Source: Candidatus Saliniplasma sp. (GTDB lineage Archaea > Thermoplasmatota > Thermoplasmata > Halarchaeoplasmatales > Halarchaeoplasmataceae). From it: a stretch of 64,000 nucleotides of DNA. The DNA is taken from the NCBI GenBank assembly GCA_046497075.1, contig JAWOGF010000050.1, forward strand, positions 17,772 through 81,771, read 5' to 3'. The notes under the pieces were generated by a model, which worked only from the letters and a program-made list of their open reading frames with translations, had not been told where the DNA came from and made no database searches. The first letter of the stretch is position 1, and every line of letters starts with the position of its first letter. Positions 37,348-47,696 of this stretch are shown here, one piece after another. A program made the translations under genes and the position numbers.

Positions 37348-37728
37348 ATGGTTGAGATAGATGAGGATTTAAAATATACTAAAAATCATGAATGGATCAA
37401 GGTGGATGAGGATGAGATAACTTACGGTATCACAGATTATGCACAGGAAGAGCTTGGTGATATCGTATACGTCGAATTACCCATTGAAGATGAAGAGGTC
37501 GAAAAGGGCGATGTCATCGGGGTTGTCGAATCCGTGAAAACTGTATCGGATCTTTTTGCTCCTGTATCGGGTACGATCGCCGCTGTGAACTCTGCACTCG
37601 AAGAAGCACCTGAACATATAAATGATGACCCCTTCGGAGAAGGATGGATAGCCAAGCTTGAGATGGACGATAAGTCCGAGCTGGAAGCATTACTCTCTGC
37701 AGAGGAATACGAAGCTCAAACGGATTAA
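37348..37728 (+). CDS. gcvH: Glycine cleavage system H protein
   Basis: YTKNHEW, GITDYAQEELGDIVYVELP, lipoyl-Lys motif VESVKTVSD. Confidence 0.97.
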   Translation: MVEIDEDLKYTKNHEWIKVDEDEITYGITDYAQEELGDIVYVELPIEDEEVEKGDVIGVVESVKTVSDLFAPVSGTIAAVNSALEEAPEHINDDPFGEGWIAKLEMDDKSELEALLSAEEYEAQTD

Positions 37729-37747
37729 AAATAAAAAAAAAGAGTGT

Positions 37748-39043
37748 TTAGCTGTACTTGTCCAGGAATGTGAATCGTTCGTGTGCCGGTAGTCCTTCTT
37801 CGTAGCAGTAATGTATCTCCTGGAAATCGCTCCTGAATTCAACAACGTCCTCTTTGACCCTTTTCGGATCCTCTCCGTCTTTCACGATCCGTTTTATGAA
37901 ATCTGCCACTTCGTCCATGTGGGTTTCTTTCATCCCCAAACGCGTCAATTCTTGGGCACCGAGTCTGATACCGCTCGGTTCTTTTGCGCTGTTTACGTTA
38001 TCCCAGGGCATCAGATTCTTGTTGGCGATCATATTGGATTCTTCCATAGCTTCCACTAGAGTTTCTCCTCCACCTTCTTTCTGAACATCGATGGCTAAAG
38101 TATGAGATTCAGTAAATCCTTTGTGAGAACACATGACGTCGATGTCCCGTTCATGTAGACTTTGACCCAAAGCTTTAGCGTTCTTTATGATCTGCTTGGC
38201 ATACTCCTTACCGAACTCCTGATGCTCTGCTAGAGATACCGCTAGTGCCGCCATGGTGTGCAGATGATGGTTAGATAGTACGCCCGGGAATACACCGAAG
38301 AATATGTTCTTCTCCATACCTTCGTCCCTAGGATTCGATAGGATAATGCCTCGCTGTGGTCCAGGTAGTGTTTTATGGGTACTACCCGTCATGACCTCAA
38401 CTCCCTCTCTAAGAGGATCCTGGAACTCCCCACCCGCGATCAGACCTAAAACATGTGCCGCATCGTACCAGACATAACATCCAGCTTCTTCAAAAGCATC
38501 CCTCAATTCCTCGAGTGGTGGGGGGAACAGATAAACAGACCTGCCGAATAGTGCGATATCTGGTTGTTCTTCTTTTATCAATTTTCTCGCCCCATCTACA
38601 TCGATGTTCATCTCTTCTACATCGAAAGGATACGTCTTGGGTTTCATGCCTCTGAACCCTACCGAACCGAATTTAGCACTGCTTATATGAGCTCCGTCGG
38701 CTACGTCTACTGACGTTATACTCTTGCCCGGACCACCCAATCCCATAAGTACCGCTTGGTTAGCGTTTGTTCCAGATATCGGTCTAACGTCCGCATATTC
38801 AGCATCGAATAGATCCTTCGCGAGTTCTTGGGCCTTCAACTCGACCTTATCCACATATGTGTTACCCTGATAATATCTATCTCCTGGAGGACCTTCTGCA
38901 TATCTATCATGAAAATCGCTGATTAGTAATTCTCTTGCCATCGGACTGATTATGTTCTCCGAGGCGATCATGGGTAACGATTTCTTGAACCATTCATGGT
39001 GTTTTTCCACCTGCTCGTATATATACTCCGCATCTTTCTTCAT
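37748..39043 (-). CDS. glyA: Serine hydroxymethyltransferase (archaeal type)
   Basis: IASEN, RYAEG, YDAAHVLGLIAG, GSTHKTLPGPQ, SGIRLG. Confidence 0.96.
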   Translation of the reverse strand: MKKDAEYIYEQVEKHHEWFKKSLPMIASENIISPMARELLISDFHDRYAEGPPGDRYYQGNTYVDKVELKAQELAKDLFDAEYADVRPISGTNANQAVLMGLGGPGKSITSVDVADGAHISSAKFGSVGFRGMKPKTYPFDVEEMNIDVDGARKLIKEEQPDIALFGRSVYLFPPPLEELRDAFEEAGCYVWYDAAHVLGLIAGGEFQDPLREGVEVMTGSTHKTLPGPQRGIILSNPRDEGMEKNIFFGVFPGVLSNHHLHTMAALAVSLAEHQEFGKEYAKQIIKNAKALGQSLHERDIDVMCSHKGFTESHTLAIDVQKEGGGETLVEAMEESNMIANKNLMPWDNVNSAKEPSGIRLGAQELTRLGMKETHMDEVADFIKRIVKDGEDPKRVKEDVVEFRSDFQEIHYCYEEGLPAHERFTFLDKYS

Positions 39044-39169
39044 TAGTACACCTCGACAGGGTGATTGTGCTATCGATATTAAATCATTTTGTTGAAAACG
39101 AAGAAGTCAAGACAATTTTTTTATAGTCCGCAGATGTTGTTATATCAAATATAATTGAAGGAGATAACA

Positions 39170-40330
39170 ATGGCTCGAGTAGAAGATTTCCAGGCAAAAG
39201 ACGTGATGACCAAGAATTTTATAACCGCTAAATCCGATGATAAGGTATCGGATGCTATAGGCATCATGCGTAACAAAGGTGTAGCAGAGATCCCGATCCT
39301 AGAGGACGGGGATATTGTAGGTATTGTAGCGGAAGATATGTTCGTTAAAAAGAGACATCTTCCTTTTTCTACTAAACTAGCGCACGTCATGACTAAACCC
39401 CCTAATGTGAAGGTTGATGACAACCTTATAGAGGTGAGCGAAATGCTTTTATCCTCCGGATATCGAGGTGTACCAGTTCAGGCAAAAAATAAAGAGTCCG
39501 TAGGCTTCGTTTCCCGTACAGATATAATAAAAAAGATACCCGAGATCGACGATCTAAAAAAATCCACAGTCGGAGAATACATGACTCCAAATCCCACTAC
39601 GATTAAAGAACATGACTCCATTAACAAAGCAAAGAATATGATGGAGAACTTGGATGAAAAAGTCATACCTGTTACCGATGAACATGGGAGATTGTCCGGT
39701 ATGGTGGGAATCAAAGATATCATCAAAGATAGTTCTAGACCCGTATCTAGACACGAAAGAGGTGAAAAGAGTGGGGAGAAAGATTCACCATATCAAGATA
39801 TGGAGATCAGGAGTTTGATGGTAACTCCCCCTATCACAACGACACCTGATGAATCTTTACATGACGGTGCTGAAAAGATGACTAAAAATAATATATCGAC
39901 TTTGGTAGCCGTTAAAGGCGAAGATATCAAAGGTATACTCACTCAGATCGATCTGATAGAAACCATCGCGAGTTTTCGAGAATCCGATCAGGTCTACGTT
40001 CAGATAACCGGACTCGAGGAGGATCCTGACGTCTATGATCAGATGTACCAGATGGTTCAAAAATACTTGCAGAAGATCAATAAGGTATTAAAACCTCTCG
40101 TATTAAATCTACATGTGGTCACCCACCAAACTTCAGGACATGAGAAAAAATACAGTATAAGATTGAGACTCAATACGGACCACGGCATGTTCTACGCAAA
40201 AAAATTCGATTGGAATATTATGAGAGCTTTGGATGACGGGATGAACAGTGTACAGAAGAAGATATTCAAGGAGAAGGAAAAGAAATTGGATAGATATCGA
40301 AAACATCCCAAATACAGGGCATCAAAATAG
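39170..40330 (+). CDS. Four-CBS-domain protein with C-terminal HPF/RaiA-like domain (Hib-type ribosome hibernation factor candidate)
   Basis: Two CBS pairs, then VYVQITGL...LNLHV...KYSIRLRL..FYAK..DWNIMRALDD..KKI. GAAGGAG RBS before ATG 39170. Confidence 0.75.
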   Translation: MARVEDFQAKDVMTKNFITAKSDDKVSDAIGIMRNKGVAEIPILEDGDIVGIVAEDMFVKKRHLPFSTKLAHVMTKPPNVKVDDNLIEVSEMLLSSGYRGVPVQAKNKESVGFVSRTDIIKKIPEIDDLKKSTVGEYMTPNPTTIKEHDSINKAKNMMENLDEKVIPVTDEHGRLSGMVGIKDIIKDSSRPVSRHERGEKSGEKDSPYQDMEIRSLMVTPPITTTPDESLHDGAEKMTKNNISTLVAVKGEDIKGILTQIDLIETIASFRESDQVYVQITGLEEDPDVYDQMYQMVQKYLQKINKVLKPLVLNLHVVTHQTSGHEKKYSIRLRLNTDHGMFYAKKFDWNIMRALDDGMNSVQKKIFKEKEKKLDRYRKHPKYRASK

Positions 40331-41326
40331 ATCCCAGTACTTCATCAATGCCTCTTTAGTTTCTAATACCTCTTCCTTTCCTTTTTGTGCTGTATCGCTC
40401 ACACGGGTATACTCTAGGGAGATATCTTTACCATGTTCCGAACCTATGATCCCGGCAACTATCTCGGATAAACATCCTAAGTTGTAACCGCCTTCTAGCA
40501 TATATGATACAGCTCCATCACACAACTGTTTTGATAAAGCCGTGATCCTCTCTGCCATGTGTATGTAACACTGGCTGGAATATGTAAGTCCCGTCAACTT
40601 ATCGGCATAATGTCCATCTGTCCCGATAGAAACGATAATCGCTTCAGGATCATACTGAGTCAATATGGGCTTCATGATCTCAGTCCATGCTAAATCCATG
40701 GATGAGTCTCCTCTTCCAGTTTTAAAAGGGATATTTACATTGTAACCCTCACCAGGCCCCTCACCGACTGCTACTGAATCACCCGTTCCTGGATAGATAC
40801 CATAATGATGAGCTGATATATACAGCACGTTCGGATCGGAGTAAAAAATATCGCTAGTTCCGTTCCCATGATGGGCATCTAAGTCTACTATAGCCACTCC
40901 ACCGCCATCAACTAGGTTCGCTGCGATAGCTGCATTGTTCAGATAGCAGAAACCACCACCATAATCCTTACCAGCATGATGGCCGGGTGGTCTAAGTAGA
41001 CCAAGCGTTCTTTCACCATCTAACGCCTTTTCAATCCCCTTTAAAGCACCACCCACTGACAAACTAGCAATCTCAAAGGTGTCCTCATCAAGGTAGGTGT
41101 CACCACCATCGATATACTGCCCAGAACCGCTCTCCAGCAAATCAAGATAACTCGGTGTATGCGTTTTTTCTAAAATCTCTCTCTCTACAGACTCTGGAAT
41201 CAAAACTTCCTCGATGAGTTCCTCATCCTCAAGTCGGTTCAATATGGATTTCAACCTTTCGGGTGATTCAGGATGCGTTCCACGGTGTCTGTGTTCCAGA
41301 TATTTTGGGTGAAAGATTACGTCCAT
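40322..41326 (-). CDS. Histone deacetylase family (Zn-dependent lysine/acetylpolyamine deacetylase)
   Basis: HPESPERL, RPPGHHA, GFCYLNN, DLDAHHGNGT, LEGGY. Confidence 0.95.
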   Translation of the reverse strand: MDVIFHPKYLEHRHRGTHPESPERLKSILNRLEDEELIEEVLIPESVEREILEKTHTPSYLDLLESGSGQYIDGGDTYLDEDTFEIASLSVGGALKGIEKALDGERTLGLLRPPGHHAGKDYGGGFCYLNNAAIAANLVDGGGVAIVDLDAHHGNGTSDIFYSDPNVLYISAHHYGIYPGTGDSVAVGEGPGEGYNVNIPFKTGRGDSSMDLAWTEIMKPILTQYDPEAIIVSIGTDGHYADKLTGLTYSSQCYIHMAERITALSKQLCDGAVSYMLEGGYNLGCLSEIVAGIIGSEHGKDISLEYTRVSDTAQKGKEEVLETKEALMKYWDLF

Positions 41327-41384
41327 GGTTGTTTAATTAAGCGAAATTATTTAAACGTTGACGTGAAATCTGTAAAGAAAGGAA

Positions 41385-42056
41385 ATGAAGTATGCTGCTC
41401 TGTTCTCAGGAGGCAAGGATTCCGCACTAGCCTTGTGGAAAGCTCAAAAAGATGGTTTGAACGTGGAGTATTTAGTAACTGTATTTCCTGAAAGAGATGA
41501 TTCCTACATGTTCCATAAACCGAATCTAGATCTTGTCCCAGATATCGCTGAATCAGTGGGTATTGAGTTGGTTAAAGTGAGAACGGAGGGGGAAAAAGAG
41601 AAGGAGCTGCAAGACCTGAAAGAGGGTTTGGAGAATTTAAAGATCGGGGGGATCATCACCGGTGCTGTGGCATCTTCTTACCAATATAAAAGACTCGAAA
41701 AACTTTCTTCTCAGTTAGAACTAGAACTGTACGCACCTTTGTGGGGGATGGATCAAGAAAATTTATTAAATGAATTATTAGAAGATGAATTTGATGTGAT
41801 TATAGTGAGCGTTGCGGCCATGGGCCTTGATGAAAAGTGGTTAGGTCGGAAGATCGACAAGTACTGTGTTGATGAACTTGAGGAATTGAACGACAAATAC
41901 GGAATCAACGTTGCAGGGGAAGGCGGTGAATACGAGAGCTTGGTACTAAATGCACCCAATTTTAAATGGGCGTTCGAAGTGGTTGATGCAGATATAAAGT
42001 GGGATGGACATCGTGGGGAATATAAAATTAATAAAATTAAGAAAAAAAGGGAATGA
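41385..42056 (+). CDS. Diphthine--ammonia ligase (Dph6-like PP-loop ATPase)
   Basis: LFSGGKDS, SYMFH, PLW, GEGGEYES. Confidence 0.9.
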   Translation: MKYAALFSGGKDSALALWKAQKDGLNVEYLVTVFPERDDSYMFHKPNLDLVPDIAESVGIELVKVRTEGEKEKELQDLKEGLENLKIGGIITGAVASSYQYKRLEKLSSQLELELYAPLWGMDQENLLNELLEDEFDVIIVSVAAMGLDEKWLGRKIDKYCVDELEELNDKYGINVAGEGGEYESLVLNAPNFKWAFEVVDADIKWDGHRGEYKINKIKKKRE

Positions 42057-42064
42057 TTTTTAGC

Positions 42065-42616
42065 CTATACTTTCTCAAGCCTGTCCCTTTCTATCATATT
42101 CGAAATGGTTTCGCGAGCGAAACCGGGTGTCTTTTTATCTTTTTGTTTTTCGAATTGGTCTTTTCCAGTTTCATAAAGATATTTTTCAGCTTTCAAACTC
42201 TCATAATGCCCTTTTTCCATCAAAGCGATATATTTGAAAAGTGTGCGGTATTTTTCTTTTCGTTTAGAAAGATGACTATAAAGTTCATAGGCATCATCTT
42301 CTGCTTTCATAGCACGATCTATAGCTTCGATCAGGTTCCTCACGGTTTTTATTTCTTTTACGAATACTCCTTCATGAGGCGGGAGGCCTTCAACGTCAGG
42401 AACAACATAATCTTTATCACCAAATTCCATTTTATGAAGTTTTAAAAGTTCTTCCTTATGTCTTTTTTCATCTTCAGCTAAGCTTTTAAATTTCTTAGAT
42501 GCTAGACCCTCCAACTTTTTAGAAAGGGACATATAGCCCTCATGAGCAGCTTGTTCACCCTCGATAGAATAGCCAACGAGTTCTTTGAAGCTTATTTCAT
42601 CTAATTTCTCATACAT
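42065..42616 (-). CDS. Ferritin-like/rubrerythrin-family di-iron protein
   Basis: E...Y, EDEKRH, AEDDAY.LY and EKGH di-iron pattern. ATG 42616 preferred. Confidence 0.8.
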   Translation of the reverse strand: MYEKLDEISFKELVGYSIEGEQAAHEGYMSLSKKLEGLASKKFKSLAEDEKRHKEELLKLHKMEFGDKDYVVPDVEGLPPHEGVFVKEIKTVRNLIEAIDRAMKAEDDAYELYSHLSKRKEKYRTLFKYIALMEKGHYESLKAEKYLYETGKDQFEKQKDKKTPGFARETISNMIERDRLEKV

Positions 42617-42724
42617 ACTAATCACTCTAGTTATTTTGATGTTTTCACCGTTATTAAGTTTTTCTATTTTTTCCGCACAACAACCTATATATAAGACAGT
42701 TAACATTTGCATTACGGTGCAAAT

Positions 42725-44164
42725 ATGCGGGACATCACTAATTATGCAATAAAAAAATTAGAGGACTCAGATATCCAGTACGGTGATATCCGGTTTTCAG
42801 ATATTTTGACTCAATCGATACAGGTGAGGAACGGATCTGTTGAAAGTATCAAAGACAATACCAGTAGAGGATACGGTATCAGAATTATAGACAAAGGCTG
42901 GGGTTTCGCCTCATCTTCTGTATTATCGAAGAAGGGCATTGACGAGACCTTAAAAAGAGCGAAAAAGATCGCAAAAGCCTCTGGAAAAACTTCTGAAGGT
43001 GTAGAACTGAAGGATGTGGAGATCCACAAGGACAAGTATGTAAACGATTACAAAAAAGATCCTTTCGAGGTCGATCTAGAAGAGAAGATTGATTATCTAG
43101 TTGATGCAAACGAGCGGCTTGATGTCGATGATCAAATAAACGTTCGGACTTCCAATTTTAAAGCTTGGAGGTTCTTGAAAGAGTTCGCAAGTACGGAAGG
43201 TGCACGTATAGAACAGGAATTAGTCCAGTGCGGCGGAGGTTTGAGTGTGACCGTTTCTGACGGGGAAGACGTTCAAACTCGAAGTTATCCTAATTCCTTT
43301 GGAGGCGATTACAGTTCAAGAGGATACGAATTCTTCGAAGGGATGGATCTGCTAGGGAATGCGGAGGAAACAGCCCATGAGGGTGTAGATCTTTTAAACG
43401 CTGATCAATGTCCAGAAGGAAAGATGGATATCATATTGAACACGAACCAACTAGCTTTACAGGTCCACGAGAGCTGTGGTCATCCAACAGAATTGGATAG
43501 AGCCTTAGGAACTGAAGCCAGTTATGCGGGGACGAGTTTCATGACTCCTGGCAAACTCGGAAAGCTGAGGTATGGGTCAGATATAGTTCATCTGACTTCG
43601 GATGCCACCGCGAAAGGTGGATTAGGAACGTTTGGGTACGACGATGAAGGAGTTAAAGCCAAGAAAGTCGATCTTGTAAAAGACGGTATTTTCGTTGGGT
43701 ATCAAGCGTCTAGAGAAGATGCGGCCCAGGTAGATGTAGAAGTGAGTGGAAGTATGCGTGCCGACGGATGGAGTAATTTACCACTAGTCAGGATGACTAA
43801 TATCAATTTAGAACCAGGAGATTGGTCCCGGAAAGAGATAATCGAAGAAACTGATAAAGGTATCATCTTCGACGGCGTCAAAAGTTGGAGTATAGATGAT
43901 AAGAGATTGAACTTCATGTTCGGAACTGAGGCCGGTTATTTAGTTGAAGATGGAGAAGTTAAAAAACTGATCAAGAACCCAACCTATACGGGCATCACTT
44001 ACGAGTTCTGGAGAAGATGCAACGCGATATCTGGAAAAGATGATTGGAAACTGCACGGAGTCCCGAATTGCGGAAAAGGAGAACCACCTCAAGTAATGAG
44101 GGTTGGTCACGGTGTTGCGCCTGCTCGATTTGAAGACGTTACAGTGGGGGTGGGAAAATGGTAA
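42725..44164 (+). CDS. tldD: TldD metalloprotease subunit
   Basis: HESCGHPTELDR Zn motif, YDDEG, RMTN, C-terminal CGK. Confidence 0.92.
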   Translation: MRDITNYAIKKLEDSDIQYGDIRFSDILTQSIQVRNGSVESIKDNTSRGYGIRIIDKGWGFASSSVLSKKGIDETLKRAKKIAKASGKTSEGVELKDVEIHKDKYVNDYKKDPFEVDLEEKIDYLVDANERLDVDDQINVRTSNFKAWRFLKEFASTEGARIEQELVQCGGGLSVTVSDGEDVQTRSYPNSFGGDYSSRGYEFFEGMDLLGNAEETAHEGVDLLNADQCPEGKMDIILNTNQLALQVHESCGHPTELDRALGTEASYAGTSFMTPGKLGKLRYGSDIVHLTSDATAKGGLGTFGYDDEGVKAKKVDLVKDGIFVGYQASREDAAQVDVEVSGSMRADGWSNLPLVRMTNINLEPGDWSRKEIIEETDKGIIFDGVKSWSIDDKRLNFMFGTEAGYLVEDGEVKKLIKNPTYTGITYEFWRRCNAISGKDDWKLHGVPNCGKGEPPQVMRVGHGVAPARFEDVTVGVGKW

Positions 44165-45522
44165 ACGAAGATTTAGAGCGCTCTGCTCAGAAGGTACTGG
44201 ATAAAGTTGAAGTCGATGAAGTCGAAGTGCTGATAAATAGAAAAGACAGAGCTTTGACGAGATACGCTAATTCTAAAATCCACCAGAATGTTGGACAAAA
44301 TGATTTCGACGTGTCCATAAGAGCGATTCTTGGAAAGAAAGTTGGATCAGTTTCCACTAACTCCGTCGATGAAAAATCTTTGGTGGAAGCTTTACGAAGA
44401 GCTGAGAATATAGCCAAGCATCAGAAAGAAGACCCTGACTTTATAGGTCTTCCAGAACCTAAAGAGGGGCGTGATGGTAAAGAGAATTATTTCGAAGAAA
44501 CTGCTTCTTTCACACCAGACGAGCGTGCTGAAAAGGTCAAAGAGATCATCGAGTATGCAAGCGGTAAAGGGGTTGACCGTATGTACGGGGCTTTTGAAAC
44601 GGAAACCATCGAAGTACTTGTTGCAAATACTAACGGGATTATGAAAAGTAGCAGGATGAGTAAAGCCAATTTGACCGCTACCGCTATAGCAGACTGGGAT
44701 AACGACCAAGGATTCGGTTGGAGTGAACAGTGCTCCGCTAACGTGAAAGATATCGATCACATGAACGTTGCTAAGACTGCTGTTGATAAAGGCCTGAACA
44801 ACATGAATACCGAGAACATCGAACCCGGTGAGTATACAGTTGTGTTGGAACCGTTAGCAGTTAACACCATGCTCATGTACCTAGCCATGATGGGTATGAG
44901 CGCTAAGAAAGTTCAGGAGAAAAGAAGTTTCATGAACGGAAAATTTGGTGAACAGATCATGGACGAACGGGTAAATATCTTCGACGATGCTATGCACGAT
45001 GAGATGATCGGTTTCCCATTTGATTACGAAGGAGTACCCAAACAGAGAGTAGATATAGTGAAGAACGGGATTGCAAATGATGTCGTTTACGATTCCTACA
45101 CCGCTGGAAGAGAAGAAGAAGATAAAGAATCTACAGGACATGCCTTACCGATGCCGAATCCCATGAGTCCTATGCCTCTAAATCTGATGATGGATACGGG
45201 AGATGCTAGCGTACAGGAGATGATCGAAGATACTGAGAAAGGGATACTGGTCACTAGATTCAATTACTGCAGACCGGTACATCCAGTAAAAGGTATATTG
45301 ACCGGACTTACTAGAGACGGGACCTGGATGATCGAAGACGGAGAGGTTACACAACCGTTGAAGAATCTTAGGTTCACACAGAATCTACTCGATGCTTTCA
45401 GAAACGTCGAATTGATCGGAAAAGAACGGGTAATGTTCTCGCTTGGATTCTACCCGGGTTACTCAGTAGTTCCAGCTTTGAAGATACCCGAGTTTAACTT
45501 CACAGGTACGACAGAATTCTAA
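44158..45522 (+). CDS. pmbA: PmbA/TldE subunit
   Basis: RYANSKIHQN, PGEYTVVLEP, FDYEG, STGHA; lacks HExxxH; overlaps tldD. Confidence 0.88.
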   Translation: MVNEDLERSAQKVLDKVEVDEVEVLINRKDRALTRYANSKIHQNVGQNDFDVSIRAILGKKVGSVSTNSVDEKSLVEALRRAENIAKHQKEDPDFIGLPEPKEGRDGKENYFEETASFTPDERAEKVKEIIEYASGKGVDRMYGAFETETIEVLVANTNGIMKSSRMSKANLTATAIADWDNDQGFGWSEQCSANVKDIDHMNVAKTAVDKGLNNMNTENIEPGEYTVVLEPLAVNTMLMYLAMMGMSAKKVQEKRSFMNGKFGEQIMDERVNIFDDAMHDEMIGFPFDYEGVPKQRVDIVKNGIANDVVYDSYTAGREEEDKESTGHALPMPNPMSPMPLNLMMDTGDASVQEMIEDTEKGILVTRFNYCRPVHPVKGILTGLTRDGTWMIEDGEVTQPLKNLRFTQNLLDAFRNVELIGKERVMFSLGFYPGYSVVPALKIPEFNFTGTTEF

Positions 45523-45528
45523 AAAACA

Positions 45529-45543
45529 CTTTTTTCTTTTTTT
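45529..45543 (+). terminator. Archaeal oligo-T terminator after pmbA
   Basis: TTTTTTCTTTTTTT immediately downstream of the stop codon. Confidence 0.55.
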
Positions 45544-45658
45544 GATATATAGTGAATTATACGTAAACATTAGAATAAAAACCGTTTTGTGGGTCATTTG
45601 TTTTCTTCTTGGAAAACAAACTACTGGGTGTGCATAACATCGGGAACAACAAAACTAT

Positions 45659-45823
45659 TCATTTCACAAATAATCTTTTTTTCTCTAAATACAGTGTAAC
45701 CTCATTAACAAATTTCTTAGCACTTTCATTCAAATCTTCAGCCTCGTGATCTGATATTTCAAATGTATATTCATAATCACCTAGTTGTCTTTTATCAAAG
45801 GCTCTGGTGACCTCCTCACCCAC
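45659..45823 (-). pseudogene. C-terminal fragment of a HEPN-domain (UPF0332-type) protein
   Basis: Hand translation ...EEVTRAFDKRQLGDYEYTFEISDHEAEDLNESAKKFVNEVTLYLEKK...; the R-x3-DY HEPN motif is present but the N-terminal half and MNT partner are absent. Confidence 0.7.
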
Positions 45824-46213
45824 CTGGTTTACATCAGGAAGGTGCTTCCTTCCATTTATCCGTGTATACTGGAATTCTGAAGAATTCCAACGAGTCTCAG
45901 AATTATAGAATAATTCTAATTTAGTGATACTTTCTTTTCAAAATTGTTACACTATTTGGAATTTGATTCCAAAAATATCATCTGGTTTTCGGACTACCGA
46001 AGGAATCTATCAGGAACGTCCTGATAGGGCGGAACGTCCACTTTTTTGACGGTTGCCACCTACCTCACCAACTTGCGTTGCAGAGGACGGGTCGTCGGTA
46101 GTGGCTTCGAGCACGGTCACGGTGCTCCAGATACCAGAGGATATGAGAATTCTATTTAGATAACCGAACAGCATGCTAGATACTCATCGCTATTAACGGG
46201 AGTTGTTTCAGGC

Positions 46214-46960
46214 TCATCGGCCGGGGAGTGCCTCCGGATTGAATCCCTTGACGATAAGCCATACGGCCAGTACCATCTCCTGGAGCGCCAGTGGGAGCTG
46301 CAGCAAAGAATCCACTGTGGACATATGACCGATAATACCGAACATGACTAGGAATCCGGCAGCTAGAAAGGGCATCGCTGCGATTAGCCCCCATCCTGAA
46401 ATCCAGCGGGGGACCAGCTGGCTCCGGTAGAGGACAGTGTAAAACATCAGTGCGCCGAGGATGAAAACGATGACACCGATCTTGCCAATCCAAATGCTCG
46501 CATCTTTGAGAGCGGCACCAGTCGCTTCAATAGAAAGCGCCTCTACCCCACCAGTGCCGATGAGTCCCTGAGCGAAGGTTATCAGCACAAGCCAACTTAT
46601 GACGGTTGCGATACAGGTGAACGTTTCCAACGCTCCTCGAAAGATAACGTAACCGAGAGCCAAGGTTTCATTGTGCTTTCTTAGCACAGGATAGACAACG
46701 ACCGGAATCAGCGCAAGCGATAGACTCATCGTGAGCACACATAAAGCGGCGAGGATCAGCCGGTTGGAATGCGCCGCAACCTGATCGAGGTAATCCGGGA
46801 CATCCACGACGGGCCCTGAAAAAACGAGACTCAAAATACCGGCCACGGTACCTATTATGAATAGTACTCCGACGATAATAGCTGTTTTCCTGTGTTTAGT
46901 CCACTTCTCTTCGGCATGTTTTTCCATTCTTTTATTGGTATAGTTTTTAAACATATTCAT
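46214..46960 (-). CDS. DUF4386 family membrane protein
   Basis: KTAIIVGVLFII, YPVLRKHNETLALGY, SQLVPRWISGWG, PLALQEMVLAVWLIVKGF; visibly GC-richer than its flanks. Confidence 0.85.
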   Translation of the reverse strand: MNMFKNYTNKRMEKHAEEKWTKHRKTAIIVGVLFIIGTVAGILSLVFSGPVVDVPDYLDQVAAHSNRLILAALCVLTMSLSLALIPVVVYPVLRKHNETLALGYVIFRGALETFTCIATVISWLVLITFAQGLIGTGGVEALSIEATGAALKDASIWIGKIGVIVFILGALMFYTVLYRSQLVPRWISGWGLIAAMPFLAAGFLVMFGIIGHMSTVDSLLQLPLALQEMVLAVWLIVKGFNPEALPGR

Positions 46961-47039
46961 TACGATAATCTAAAAAAATACTAAACGCTTGAGCCTTATA
47001 TATATGGTAGTTTAAATAGGTAAACCTCTATCTCTAACT

Positions 47040-47696
47040 ATGAGAAAATTGATCATCGAAATAAGACCTAAAGAGAAAGCGAAAGAAAGGCAAAGTTCGA
47101 TATTCTCAAAAATACATTCTTATGAAGTCTTGGAAGTTCTGAAGATGGATTATGAAGAGAAAATATATGTCGATCTGATCGAGTTCAAACTGAAAGAGCA
47201 TGTATCCATTGAAAATTTGAAATCCATAGGTAATATGGAGATCCTGAGCATTCTAAAATCTGAAGGGAATAAGCATACTTGTTTGGTGAAAGGTCATCAA
47301 CCTGGGATCCCAAGCGATACATACAAAGAACTCGATCTGAATCTGATCTACACTAGACCTAGTCTGATATCTGAAGATAAGGTCGTTGTCAGCTGTATTG
47401 GCAATCAGGAGAACCTCGTGAGATTCATAGATATAGTGAAAAATATCGGTGAGGTCAGTAAGATGAGATTCAAAAAAGTAGCATACCAAAAGAAATACGT
47501 CCTTTCGGTTTTGACTGAAAAGCAAAAAGAGATACTGGTCGCAGCTTTTGATAGTGGATATTATGGCATCCCTAAAAAGATAAGCAGTGAGAGATTATCA
47601 GAAAAACTAAACATCAGTAAACCCACTCTATTGGAGCATCTAAGAAAGGCAGAAAAACGTATCTTTTCAGAGATATTAGCGGGATATTCAGATTGA
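47040..47696 (+). CDS. Bacterio-opsin-activator-type (HTH_10) transcriptional regulator
   Basis: C-terminal LTEKQKEIL..AFDSGYY.IPK...LSEKLNISKPTLLEHLRKAE. Confidence 0.9.
   Translation: MRKLIIEIRPKEKAKERQSSIFSKIHSYEVLEVLKMDYEEKIYVDLIEFKLKEHVSIENLKSIGNMEILSILKSEGNKHTCLVKGHQPGIPSDTYKELDLNLIYTRPSLISEDKVVVSCIGNQENLVRFIDIVKNIGEVSKMRFKKVAYQKKYVLSVLTEKQKEILVAAFDSGYYGIPKKISSERLSEKLNISKPTLLEHLRKAEKRIFSEILAGYSD

Noticed and set aside
45600..46213. Integron attC sites around the island genes (GCATAAC at about 45632)
   Set aside because: I could not find a matching paired R'/R'' and L box structure, and there is no integrase.
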